This document shows, piece after piece, positions 1 to 7,854 of a stretch of DNA of 64,000 nucleotides. The DNA lies in assembly GCA_016936815.1 (NCBI GenBank), contig JAFGXD010000114.1, forward strand, positions 5,377 through 69,376, in the 5' to 3' direction. Numbering within the stretch: position 1 is the first letter of the stretch; every line of letters begins with the position of its first letter. The DNA comes from Bacteroidales bacterium (GTDB taxonomy: Bacteria; Bacteroidota; Bacteroidia; Bacteroidales; GWF2-38-335). A program made the translations under genes and the position numbers. Under the pieces are notes generated by a model. It worked only from the letters and a program-made list of their open reading frames with translations, made no database searches and was not told where the DNA came from.

Positions 1-265
1 CGTCTTGCATCTTATTTTCCTTATCACTAACAAGATAAAAGGAATGATCTTTACAACCACCTCCGTATAAAAAAGTAAGCGACAGTAAATTGTTTTCAAG
101 AATACCATCTTTGAGTGTAAATCCATCTGAATAAGCGTTTACAGATTTAATGTCTTTGCTCAAAACATATTTAAGATTTAATTCTTGTGAAAATACACTT
201 TTTGAAAAACCAAGCATAGCAATAAAAATGCAAGGTATTAGCGAGGTTAAAATTTTTGTTTTCAT
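1..265 (-). CDS. Hypothetical secreted protein, N-terminal fragment (gene continues past the left window edge)
   Basis: Manual reverse translation from the ATG at 265-263 gives MKTKILTSLIPCIFIAMLGFSKSVFS|QELNLKY...GGGCKDHSFYLVSDKENK, open to position 1. It has a signal peptide with Q at +1. No family recognised. Confidence 0.5.
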   Translation of the reverse strand, partial: MKTKILTSLIPCIFIAMLGFSKSVFSQELNLKYVLSKDIKSVNAYSDGFTLKDGILENNLLSLTFLYGGGCKDHSFYLVSDKENKMQD

Positions 266-437
266 GATAAAAAAGTTTTAGTAAATAATTTTTCTTAAGC
301 AGAGTCAAAATAAATACCATTGGAGCTTTTTGTCTTCACCAACCCGGATGAAATATTCCTTTTCATCCGCTTTGATGAATTTCAGTTTATTAGTAAGGCC
401 TACTTTTACAGTACATTAACAATCAAAATTTATAAAT

Positions 438-2276
438 ATGAAAAAAGTCTATTTTTTGTGCTTGTTTGTACTTGTAAGTATCTCAAGTTATTCTCAAACA
501 ATAATTATTAATGAAAATTTCGATGCTGCAATTTCAGGAAGCGGAGTAGCAGGTCAAATCGGATTACCATTTTCTACATGGAGTGGCACAACAGGAGGAA
601 CAGAAGATCCTATTGTTTCCAATGAACAAAGTTCGTCTGCCAATAATTCTGTGAAAATTGTAAACGATAACGATTTAATTATTCATTTTAACGACTTGGA
701 ATCAGGCAGATATCTTCTTAGTTTCAATATTTTTGTTGTTACCGGCAACATTGGCTATTTTAATTTGCTAAGTAATTTCGATGGCAACGATAGCGAATGG
801 GCCATGCAAGTATTTTTTAATTCCGATGGAACAGGAACTGTTGATGGAGGTGGTTTGGCAGCCTCGGGTTTTGCATTTTTACATGATACGTGGATAGATG
901 TAAAAGTAGTTTTAGATTTGGATGACGATTTTGCTACATTGTATTTAGATGATAATGAAATATTGAGTTGGCAGTATTCGAAGGGTGTTTTTGGAAGCGG
1001 TTGTGCAAAAGTTTTAGATGTTATAGATTTTTTTGGTTGGAATGGCATGGAAGGCGACCAAACTACCCTTGCTTACATTGATGATTTTAGTTTTACTGAA
1101 TATTCAGCACCTGAATCTCCTTTAAATTTAACTTATTCACTTAGTGGTTTAGATATTAGTTTGGAATGGGAAGCTCCGGTTTCCGGCGGTTTTAGCGGAT
1201 ATTCAATTATGAGAAACAACGCCGTAATAAGTAATGGATTAATGACAGAAAACTATCAAGACCTGCATGTTTATCCGGGAAATTACGAATATGGTGTTAG
1301 AGCTCATTACGAGGGACTAGGATATTCTCACGCTTCAAATACAGTTAATCCAATGGTTCCCGGTGGTGTTGAAAGAAATTTTGTAGTTTATGAAATTGGC
1401 ACAGGCACATGGTGTGGTTATTGTCAGGGTGCTGCATTGGGTGTGGATGAAATGATTGCAAACGGTTTGGATGTTGCTGTAATTGAATATCATGTAGATG
1501 ATGATTACACAATTTTTGATGGCAATGCAAGAACAGAATATTATGAAATGATTGGTTGGCCTACAACAATGGTTGATGGAGGAGTAAAACACTTGGGTGG
1601 CGATATGTTTGAAAGTATTTACGATCAGTTCTTACCCTATTACGAGGGACGAATTAATGTGCAATCTGTTCACAATATTTCTATTGAATGTACACAAACA
1701 GGATTACTTGATTATCAAGCTACTATCTCTTTAGAAGAAATTGCCCCATATTTTGAATCAGGTTTTAGATTACACACAATTTTAACGGAATCGCACATTC
1801 CTGAAGTATGGCAGATGCAGCCGGAGCTTAATTTTGTTTGCAGAGGTATGTATCCAAATTATGAAGGTACTGCAATTGATTTTGCTACAGAATCATCGGT
1901 TGAAACTACCATTAACTTCTCGTTGGAAGCAGATTTTGTGAAAGAAAATTGTGAGCTTGTTGCCTTTCTTCAACATGAAACTACTAAGGAAATTGTTCAG
2001 GCTGCTAAAGTCTCTTTGTCAACCGTAACCGAAATAAATCCTGCAGAAATTTCCAAAATTAATGTTTATCCTTCGCCTGCAAGTAATTATATTTTTGTTG
2101 AAGTAGATGAATTAGAGAACATTACAATGTTTAACAATATTGGTCAGGCAGTTTATACTTTAAATGCCCATGAAAACAAATGTAAAATAGATATTAGCTC
2201 ATTTGAAAAAGGAATATATCATATTTCAGTAAAAACCAAAAACAGCTCAATAACTAGAAGAGTTGTATTGATATAG
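438..2276 (+). CDS. T9SS-secreted protein with an FN3-like domain, an Omp28/thioredoxin-like domain carrying WCGYC, and a T9SS C-terminal sorting domain
   Basis: Signal peptide (SYS|Q). FN3-like segment SAPESPLNLTYSLSGLDISLEWEAP. CxxC motif in EIGTGTWCGYCQGA, typical of Omp28-related thioredoxin-fold proteins. C-terminus INVYPSPASNYIFVEV...GIYHISVKTKNSSITRRVVLI matches the T9SS type A sorting domain pattern. Confidence 0.75.
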   Translation: MKKVYFLCLFVLVSISSYSQTIIINENFDAAISGSGVAGQIGLPFSTWSGTTGGTEDPIVSNEQSSSANNSVKIVNDNDLIIHFNDLESGRYLLSFNIFVVTGNIGYFNLLSNFDGNDSEWAMQVFFNSDGTGTVDGGGLAASGFAFLHDTWIDVKVVLDLDDDFATLYLDDNEILSWQYSKGVFGSGCAKVLDVIDFFGWNGMEGDQTTLAYIDDFSFTEYSAPESPLNLTYSLSGLDISLEWEAPVSGGFSGYSIMRNNAVISNGLMTENYQDLHVYPGNYEYGVRAHYEGLGYSHASNTVNPMVPGGVERNFVVYEIGTGTWCGYCQGAALGVDEMIANGLDVAVIEYHVDDDYTIFDGNARTEYYEMIGWPTTMVDGGVKHLGGDMFESIYDQFLPYYEGRINVQSVHNISIECTQTGLLDYQATISLEEIAPYFESGFRLHTILTESHIPEVWQMQPELNFVCRGMYPNYEGTAIDFATESSVETTINFSLEADFVKENCELVAFLQHETTKEIVQAAKVSLSTVTEINPAEISKINVYPSPASNYIFVEVDELENITMFNNIGQAVYTLNAHENKCKIDISSFEKGIYHISVKTKNSSITRRVVLI

Positions 2277-2307
2277 GGCTTTTTTTCTAAGTTTGCTTAC
2301 TTAGGTC

Positions 2308-2337
2308 GAAGCGATTCATTTTAGGATGGGTCGCTTT
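2308..2337 (+). repeat. Copy 1 of an imperfect direct repeat (GAAGC..TTCATTTTAGnATGGGTCGnTTT); can also fold as a terminator-like hairpin AAGCGA/TCGCTT
   Basis: Direct comparison with 3746..3781. The shared core is TTCATTTTAG[G/C]ATGGGTCG[C/A]TTT plus an upstream GAAGC. It lies 30 nt downstream of the stop of 438..2276. Confidence 0.5.
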
Positions 2338-2470
2338 TTGCATATAAAAATGGGTAGTTTTCTTGCCAAGACTAATTAATATTGTGGAGAACTTTATATG
2401 TGAGGTAAAAAATATTATTGCTTTTTGAAAAAAGCATATCGCCAAATTGCTTTTTGTAGAAACTATTTTG

Positions 2471-2478
2471 TATTTTTG
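2471..2478 (+). promoter_or_regulatory. Bacteroidota-type -7 promoter box (TATTTTTG) for the AAA ATPase gene
   Basis: Matches the TAnnTTTG consensus 20 nt upstream of the ATG at 2498. It lies inside the ORF-track TTG-start extension, which argues for the 2498 start. Confidence 0.4.
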
Positions 2479-2497
2479 CTTTTTTAATTTAACAGTT

Positions 2498-3679
2498 ATG
2501 AATACTTTAATAGAAAAATCAGAGAGAAAATCTAAGTTGGCAGTCGATAAAAGAAAAAGATATTTGTTTGAACAAATTGATTGGACTCAGCGGCTCATAG
2601 TTATTTTAGGATATAGGGGTGCGGGAAAAACCACCCTTATCTTGCAATACCTATCCAATTCAAGTGAAAAGGGTATCTATTTGAGTATGGATGATTTCTA
2701 TTTTGAAACTCAAAGGCTAGTTGAAACAGTAGATTTATTATATAAGAATGGGTATAGGCTTTTCCTTATTGATGAGGTTCATAGGTATTTATGGTGGTCA
2801 AAAGATTTAAAACAGCTTTATGACGATTATGAAGATATACAAGTTATTGCCACAGGTTCTTCAATATTGGACATCTCTAAAGGGAACGCAGATTTGTCGC
2901 GCCGAGCAGCCACATATTATTTGAAAGGTCTTTCTTTCAGAGAATATCTCAGTTTTCAAAAAGGCATTAATCTGCCTACCTTATCCTTAGTAGATATATT
3001 AAATAATCATCATGAAATAGTGCCGGATTTACTTGATACTTTTAGCTATAAAACAGACTTTCAGAATTATCTTGAGTTTGGCTATTACCCTTTTTTCCTG
3101 GAATCAAAAAATACCTATTTTCAGAAATTGCAGGAAACAATAAATTTGGTTATTGAAACAGACATTGCTCCTTTTGAGGATTTGCAACATACAACAACAA
3201 GAACCATGAAAAAACTTTTGTTTGTATTGAGTGAGTCGGTTCCATTTACCCCCAATATAAACAAACTTTCCGAAAAGCTTGAAGCACCAAGGAATACAAT
3301 ATTAAGAATACTGGATATAATGCAGAATGCTCAAATATTGCATTTATTAAGAACTTCGGTAAAGGGTATAAGTTACCTGAAAAAACCTGAAAAAATCTTT
3401 CTTCATAACACTAATTTCATTTATATGTTTTCGCCCAAACAAGCCAATATTGGCAATGTCAGAGAGACATTTTTCATAAATCAACTCAGTGCAATACATT
3501 CGATTTCAGCAGCGAAATACGGCGATTTTATGGTTGACGATACCTATGTGTTCGAAGTAGGAGGAGCTTCAAAAACTAATGAGCAAATAAGAGGAATTCC
3601 TAATGCTTATCTGGCACTGCATATTGAAGCAGGCAATTCCAAGAGAATACCTTTATGGCTGTTTGGAATGTTGTATTGA
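2498..3679 (+). CDS. AAA+ ATPase of the COG1373 type (AAA_14 N-terminal domain plus DUF4143-like C-terminal domain)
   Basis: Walker A in ILGYRGAGKTTL and Walker B in LFLIDEVHRY. Length and layout are typical of the stand-alone ATP-binding proteins common in Bacteroidota. Start moved to the ATG at 2498 (MNTLIEKSE); the track ORF begins at a TTG at 2447. Confidence 0.7.
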   Translation: MNTLIEKSERKSKLAVDKRKRYLFEQIDWTQRLIVILGYRGAGKTTLILQYLSNSSEKGIYLSMDDFYFETQRLVETVDLLYKNGYRLFLIDEVHRYLWWSKDLKQLYDDYEDIQVIATGSSILDISKGNADLSRRAATYYLKGLSFREYLSFQKGINLPTLSLVDILNNHHEIVPDLLDTFSYKTDFQNYLEFGYYPFFLESKNTYFQKLQETINLVIETDIAPFEDLQHTTTRTMKKLLFVLSESVPFTPNINKLSEKLEAPRNTILRILDIMQNAQILHLLRTSVKGISYLKKPEKIFLHNTNFIYMFSPKQANIGNVRETFFINQLSAIHSISAAKYGDFMVDDTYVFEVGGASKTNEQIRGIPNAYLALHIEAGNSKRIPLWLFGMLY

Positions 3680-3745
3680 TGAAAAAAAAATTCTTAAATA
3701 ATTTACATGAACTACTTTCTCAAAATTAATGGTTTGAAACCAAGT

Positions 3746-3781
3746 GAAGCCGAAACCTTTCATTTTAGCATGGGTCGATTT
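3746..3781 (+). repeat. Copy 2 of the imperfect direct repeat seen at 2308..2337
   Basis: GAAGCcgaaaccTTTCATTTTAGcATGGGTCGaTTT. It lies between the ATPase stop (3679) and the stop of the convergent gene at 3789. Confidence 0.5.
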
Positions 3782-3788
3782 CTTTTAA

Positions 3789-6299
3789 TTATTGAATAAC
3801 AACTTTTTCTCTATATTTTTTGTTTCCCGTTTCAAGAATTAAATAATATACGCCTTTTGACAAATGGGATATATTGATAGTGTTTTTTGTTGTAAGATTT
3901 TGCTTTTCAAACACCTTGTTACCAATATTGTCAATAATAACGATATTTGCTATGTCCGGTATGTCTTTTTGTTCTACAGTTATTATTCCGTTTGAAGGAT
4001 TTGGATAAATATTGAATCCCTCATAAATAATTGCTGGCTTTGATAATAAAATAGAAAAATCAAAATAATCCGCAAAATAATATACCTCACCCGATTTAGC
4101 TTCTGAACAGGTTATTGTGAGATAAACCATAGATGTTACATAATCAAATTCCTCATTATAAGAAAAGTAAGCTGTATCTGATAAGCCCGCTTGCCAAAAT
4201 ATCCAAACAATATCAATTCCTGAAGCCGTTTCAATTACATCAATAATATAGGCGCTATCAACAGGCATTGATGATGAAAGGAAACAGGTATCGGCAAAGA
4301 TGTAAAGAGAATCAGTGATTATGATGGCATCAGGAAGCACTCCTATAGTTATTCCCGAAGAGAAAACACAATCATTATCATCCGTAATAGTAATGTAATG
4401 AGCACCTTCACAAACATTACTCAAAATATTTGCAGTAGAAGAATCATCCCATAAATAATAATACGGTGAGATTCCTCCCAAACCATTTGCTATTATGTTT
4501 CCATTGCAGAAACCTGATTCAGAAACAGGATTTACGATAATACTCATTGATAGTTCAGCAGGCTCCAATACCTCGAAAGAAAAAGTATTTAAACAACCGC
4601 TTGCATCAGTAACAGAGAGTAAATACAGTCCGGCATACAATTCGCCTATAACACTATTAGAAGAAAAATTTGACCATGAATAAGAGAATGGGGGATTATC
4701 GCTTGATGCCTCAGTTGAGATAGTTCCATCATTATGCCCATAACAAGATACATTGGAAATATCTGACGTTAAATCTATTGTACATGCTTGACTTACCCTT
4801 ATTGCCGGCGTTTTTTGTAAATAGTACCATGTAAAATCATCCGGATGATAAAGTACAGAAGTATTCATTGCATTTGGTCTATAAGTGTTATCAGCTCCCA
4901 TGTAGAAAGTTCCTCCGTTTTCATAAATTTCAATCCCGGCAATATACATCATAATTGAGCCGGGGTCTGGAATCAGAATATTTCCTGAACCTGAATTAAT
5001 TGGTAGAGTTACCCAAGTACCTATTTCAGAAGGTTGAATTTCGTGATAGTCGGATGTAGCAATAATAGCCTGATCTTCATCAAATAAAACAGCTCTTATA
5101 GAAGCATATGCATCTGAAATAGGACTTACAAAGACAGAGACCTCATCAACATGAAACTCATTTGCAACAAAAATATTTATTCCAAAAATAGCTCCGTCTC
5201 CTAATGAAGAAACACTGCTAATTCCAATTGAAGTATTAATTTCTTCAATACGGGAATAAGAACCATTAGTAAGTTGGAAATTAACTGTATCGTAATTATT
5301 TACCGGGTTATCATCAGTATTATCAGATAAAATTGAAAAGGCCATTTCATATGAGCCCGTATTGGTTGGATAAAAATTGTTAGTTTGCAAAGTGTCAACC
5401 GCAAAAGATGGGAATAATAATGCAATACTTGCCAAATTTTCTTCACCACCGTTTATTGAGCAGCCAAATATAGAATTTGTTTCATCGTTTGAACCAAAGT
5501 TTCTTACAATTCCGGAGGTAAATATCTCAACTGATTGATTAGCCGGAATCTCAGAAAAATAGCCTCCGTTTGTATAGAAAAAATCTAAATTAGTTTCAGT
5601 TAATTGTAAGTCATGGTCATAGGCTGTGGATAATAAAATATCATCAATCATCCAATAATAGTGACTAACTGTAGTCCAACGAAATCTAATTTTTACATTT
5701 GATTGATTTGCTGCTATTGATGAGATATTCAATTCAACTAAATCAGGATCTTCTGTAACTATATTTGCAGGCGTGTTATATGAAACATCAAACTCTTCAA
5801 ATGTAGCAAAATCATTAGAGCTTACCTGAACAAGAAAAGCTGCTTCTGTGCAACACCAACGAAACCTTTGTTCAAACTTAAGGATTACTGTTGGAGCTGA
5901 GGAGCAATCTATTGATGTGGTTGTAAAATAGGCATTCATGGATGGCATAGTGCCACCACTAAACTCTGCTGCATTATAAATAAGAAAACCATTGTCTCCT
6001 GTAGTAGAGTTAATTGGCCCTGAGCCTACATCCCAAGCACTTGTTGGTTCTTGTGTTGACCAGATCCACAGCCAATTATTACCGGTTTCATCAACACTTT
6101 CCCATCCTGAGGGCATTCCGCCACCAAAATCTTCATGCCAAATGGTATCATTGCCCGCCTTTGCACCTTTTTCGTTATTAATGTGAGCAACTTTTTTTGA
6201 CATATTCTTTTCAAGAGTATAAACCCTTACTGCCTCTTGTGAAACTGAAATGATTGAAGAACACAAGAAAAATGCTGAAATAATACTTCTTACTGACAT
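3789..6299 (-). CDS. Large T9SS-secreted surface protein (choice-of-anchor J/MAM-like N-terminal domain, SprB-type repeats, T9SS C-terminal sorting domain)
   Basis: Signal peptide SVS|QEAV. N-terminal WHEDFGGGMPSGWESVDETGNNWLWIWS pattern. SprB-repeat-like NVSCYGHNDGTIS and a second Cys-containing repeat. C-terminus NIYPNPSNGIITVEQ...GVYYLILETGNKKYREKVVIQ. Confidence 0.75.
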   Translation of the reverse strand: MSVRSIISAFFLCSSIISVSQEAVRVYTLEKNMSKKVAHINNEKGAKAGNDTIWHEDFGGGMPSGWESVDETGNNWLWIWSTQEPTSAWDVGSGPINSTTGDNGFLIYNAAEFSGGTMPSMNAYFTTTSIDCSSAPTVILKFEQRFRWCCTEAAFLVQVSSNDFATFEEFDVSYNTPANIVTEDPDLVELNISSIAANQSNVKIRFRWTTVSHYYWMIDDILLSTAYDHDLQLTETNLDFFYTNGGYFSEIPANQSVEIFTSGIVRNFGSNDETNSIFGCSINGGEENLASIALLFPSFAVDTLQTNNFYPTNTGSYEMAFSILSDNTDDNPVNNYDTVNFQLTNGSYSRIEEINTSIGISSVSSLGDGAIFGINIFVANEFHVDEVSVFVSPISDAYASIRAVLFDEDQAIIATSDYHEIQPSEIGTWVTLPINSGSGNILIPDPGSIMMYIAGIEIYENGGTFYMGADNTYRPNAMNTSVLYHPDDFTWYYLQKTPAIRVSQACTIDLTSDISNVSCYGHNDGTISTEASSDNPPFSYSWSNFSSNSVIGELYAGLYLLSVTDASGCLNTFSFEVLEPAELSMSIIVNPVSESGFCNGNIIANGLGGISPYYYLWDDSSTANILSNVCEGAHYITITDDNDCVFSSGITIGVLPDAIIITDSLYIFADTCFLSSSMPVDSAYIIDVIETASGIDIVWIFWQAGLSDTAYFSYNEEFDYVTSMVYLTITCSEAKSGEVYYFADYFDFSILLSKPAIIYEGFNIYPNPSNGIITVEQKDIPDIANIVIIDNIGNKVFEKQNLTTKNTINISHLSKGVYYLILETGNKKYREKVVIQ

Positions 6300-6938
6300 A
6301 ACTAATAATTTTTGTGATTATCAAAAATACAAATTATTTACAATATAATTACTGTTTTCCAAAAAAAAAAAAAGACTGTTAGGCATGAAGGCTGCGAATA
6401 AAATTATTAATTATCAACTATTTATGAAAGCAGTTGTTAAAATATCTTACTTTTGAAATTTTATCGAACAAATAGTGATTTTTTTTTGACTGTTCGAGGG
6501 GTGTTCTTTATGATCGGAACTTAGCGTTTGTTAATATAAAAATCCAAATAGCCAGATGGGAATTTTGTTTTGATAGGTATCTTTCGAACCTAACAGGCAC
6601 ATTAGCAGCAAAATTTGTTAAAATACTGTATAATCTGTCAATCATTTTTCAATATTCTAATATTGATTTTGCGATGATTCTGAATCAAACTTATAAAATT
6701 ACCATTTCACGCCAGTGTAAACTGACTGCAAAATTCTTAACTATAAAAACTTTAATAATGGCTAATGTTATGGTTTATTGGCAAAAAAACAATAAATCGC
6801 ATTACAAATTACGCAGATTAAATGCAAGTTTTAGGAGAATCATTAAGGGAAAAAAGAGTATTGTTGAATTCTAAATTTAAATTGGAGATTTGATTGTATT
6901 GAAAAAATATCTAATTTTATAAAAAACCCGTTATTCCA

Positions 6939-7472
6939 ATGAAAGTAATATTTGTTTTGACTGTTTTTTTGTCTGTTTATTGTCAATCTCAAAATACGGT
7001 AAAATATTTTGCACCTTCAGATACTGTCTATGAGGAATGTTCTATTTGCCAGATAGATAATGTTTTTTTTAACCTAAGTGGGGGTGGAGGTGTTAGGCCG
7101 GAAAGTTATTCTGAATTGGATTCTGTTGGAGCTTTTATTATGAAAAACCCAAAAATACAATTTGAATTAGGAGTTCATACAGATTGCAGGCCTATTTCTT
7201 TTACCAATGATACTTTGTCTCTTATGAGAGCTAGGAGTTGTGTCTTTTACATATTAGAAAAAAATAATAATATTTCAAATATTACCTATAGGGGATATGG
7301 CTCAAAAATTCCCTATACAATAATGGAAAAGGATTGTGAAAGATTTCAATTTTTTAATGTTGGAGATCTGCTTACAAAGGAATATATTGATGCACTTGAG
7401 AATGATGAACAAAAGCAAATATCACATCAGCTAAATAGAAGAACTGAACTGAGAATTTTACGAATTGAGTGA
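6939..7472 (+). CDS. Small OmpA-family (peptidoglycan-binding OmpA C-terminal-like) protein
   Basis: Signal peptide. OmpA_C-like signature LSLMRARSCVFYIL...YRGYGSKIPY...NRRTELRILRIE. Confidence 0.65.
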   Translation: MKVIFVLTVFLSVYCQSQNTVKYFAPSDTVYEECSICQIDNVFFNLSGGGGVRPESYSELDSVGAFIMKNPKIQFELGVHTDCRPISFTNDTLSLMRARSCVFYILEKNNNISNITYRGYGSKIPYTIMEKDCERFQFFNVGDLLTKEYIDALENDEQKQISHQLNRRTELRILRIE

Positions 7473-7640
7473 TAGCAACCCTAATTCGATTAAAAGCTCT
7501 CTTGTATTTATAATTTGGGATTATTAACATGATCTCGTTGGGGGGGGGAGGCTGCAAACAAAAACCCTGACAAATGCCGGCGCATTGGTTCGGTCTTTTT
7601 TGCGTTAAAATTCTCAAAGCGAGTTTTGGCCTTTTTGCAC

Positions 7641-7672
7641 AAAAAAAGCCCGCCCCTTCGGGCAGGCTTTTT
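7641..7672 (-). terminator. Rho-independent terminator downstream of tRNA-Ser (potentially bidirectional)
   Basis: Hairpin AGCCCGCC-(CTTCG loop region)-GGCAGGCT at 7647..7668 with one mismatch. It is flanked by A7 on one side and T5 on the other, so it reads as stem plus U-run on both strands. Confidence 0.7.
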
Positions 7673-7677
7673 GTTTG

Positions 7678-7764
7678 CGGAGGAAGAGGGATTCGAACCC
7701 CCGGTCCCGCAAGCAGGACAACGGTTTTCGAGACCGCCCCGTTCGACCACTCCGGCATTCCTCC
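7678..7764 (-). tRNA. tRNA-Ser (anticodon CGA), type II tRNA with long variable arm, no encoded CCA
   Basis: Manual fold of GGAGGAATGCCGGAGTGGTCGAACGGGGCGGTCTCGAAAACCGTTGTCCTGCTTGCGGGACCGGGGGTTCGAATCCCTCTTCCTCCG. Acceptor GGAGGAA/TTCCTCC, 3-bp D stem, anticodon stem GCGGT/ACCGT with loop CTCGAAA, ~18-nt variable arm, T loop TTCGAAT, discriminator G. Confidence 0.9.
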
Positions 7765-7854
7765 TTTATGTATTGGTGATAGTTTGTTATTTGATAGTTT
7801 GATTATTCGCTGATGGCAAATTTACCACCTCGAACTATCAATTCATATCTTCCC

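Noticed and set aside
320-511. 63-aa ORF overlapping the start of the T9SS cargo gene
   Set aside because: It overlaps the signal-peptide region of 438..2276 in another frame and has no supporting features.
2420-2435. Near-palindrome GCTTTTTGAAAAAAGC upstream of the AAA ATPase gene as a regulator binding site
   Set aside because: It is composed almost entirely of T and A runs, which arise easily in AT-rich intergenic DNA. There is no second copy in the window and no adjacent regulator gene.
2447-2497. Upstream TTG-start extensions proposed by the ORF track for the AAA ATPase (2447), cysS (60177), parE (24597), mtaB (34011) and the DUF4296-like gene (13123)
   Set aside because: The extensions encode hydrophobic or junk-like N-termini or overlap TAnnTTTG -7 boxes. 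Downstream ATG codons give N-termini typical of the families.
6674-6874. 66-aa ORF in the large intergenic gap
   Set aside because: It is highly basic and low-complexity (K/R/I/N-rich), as expected from random AT-rich DNA. It has no upstream TAnnTTTG box and no recognisable domain.
6584-7764. Possibility that tRNA-Ser marks a genomic island with an att direct repeat of the tRNA 3' end
   Set aside because: The only match to the tRNA 3' segment found by eye at lower coordinates is an 8-nt TTCGAACC at ~6584..6591. That is too short to be meaningful, and no integrase is present. gatDE lies on the 5' side of the tRNA, not the usual integration side.
7372-7813. Three track ORFs (7372..7758 minus, 7508..7750 minus, 7574..7813 plus; 79-128 aa) covering the tRNA-Ser region
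   Set aside because: They run through the tRNA gene and its terminator. They owe their length to the local GC-rich patch and have odd Pro/Gly/Arg-rich composition with no motifs. The tRNA fold explains the sequence.
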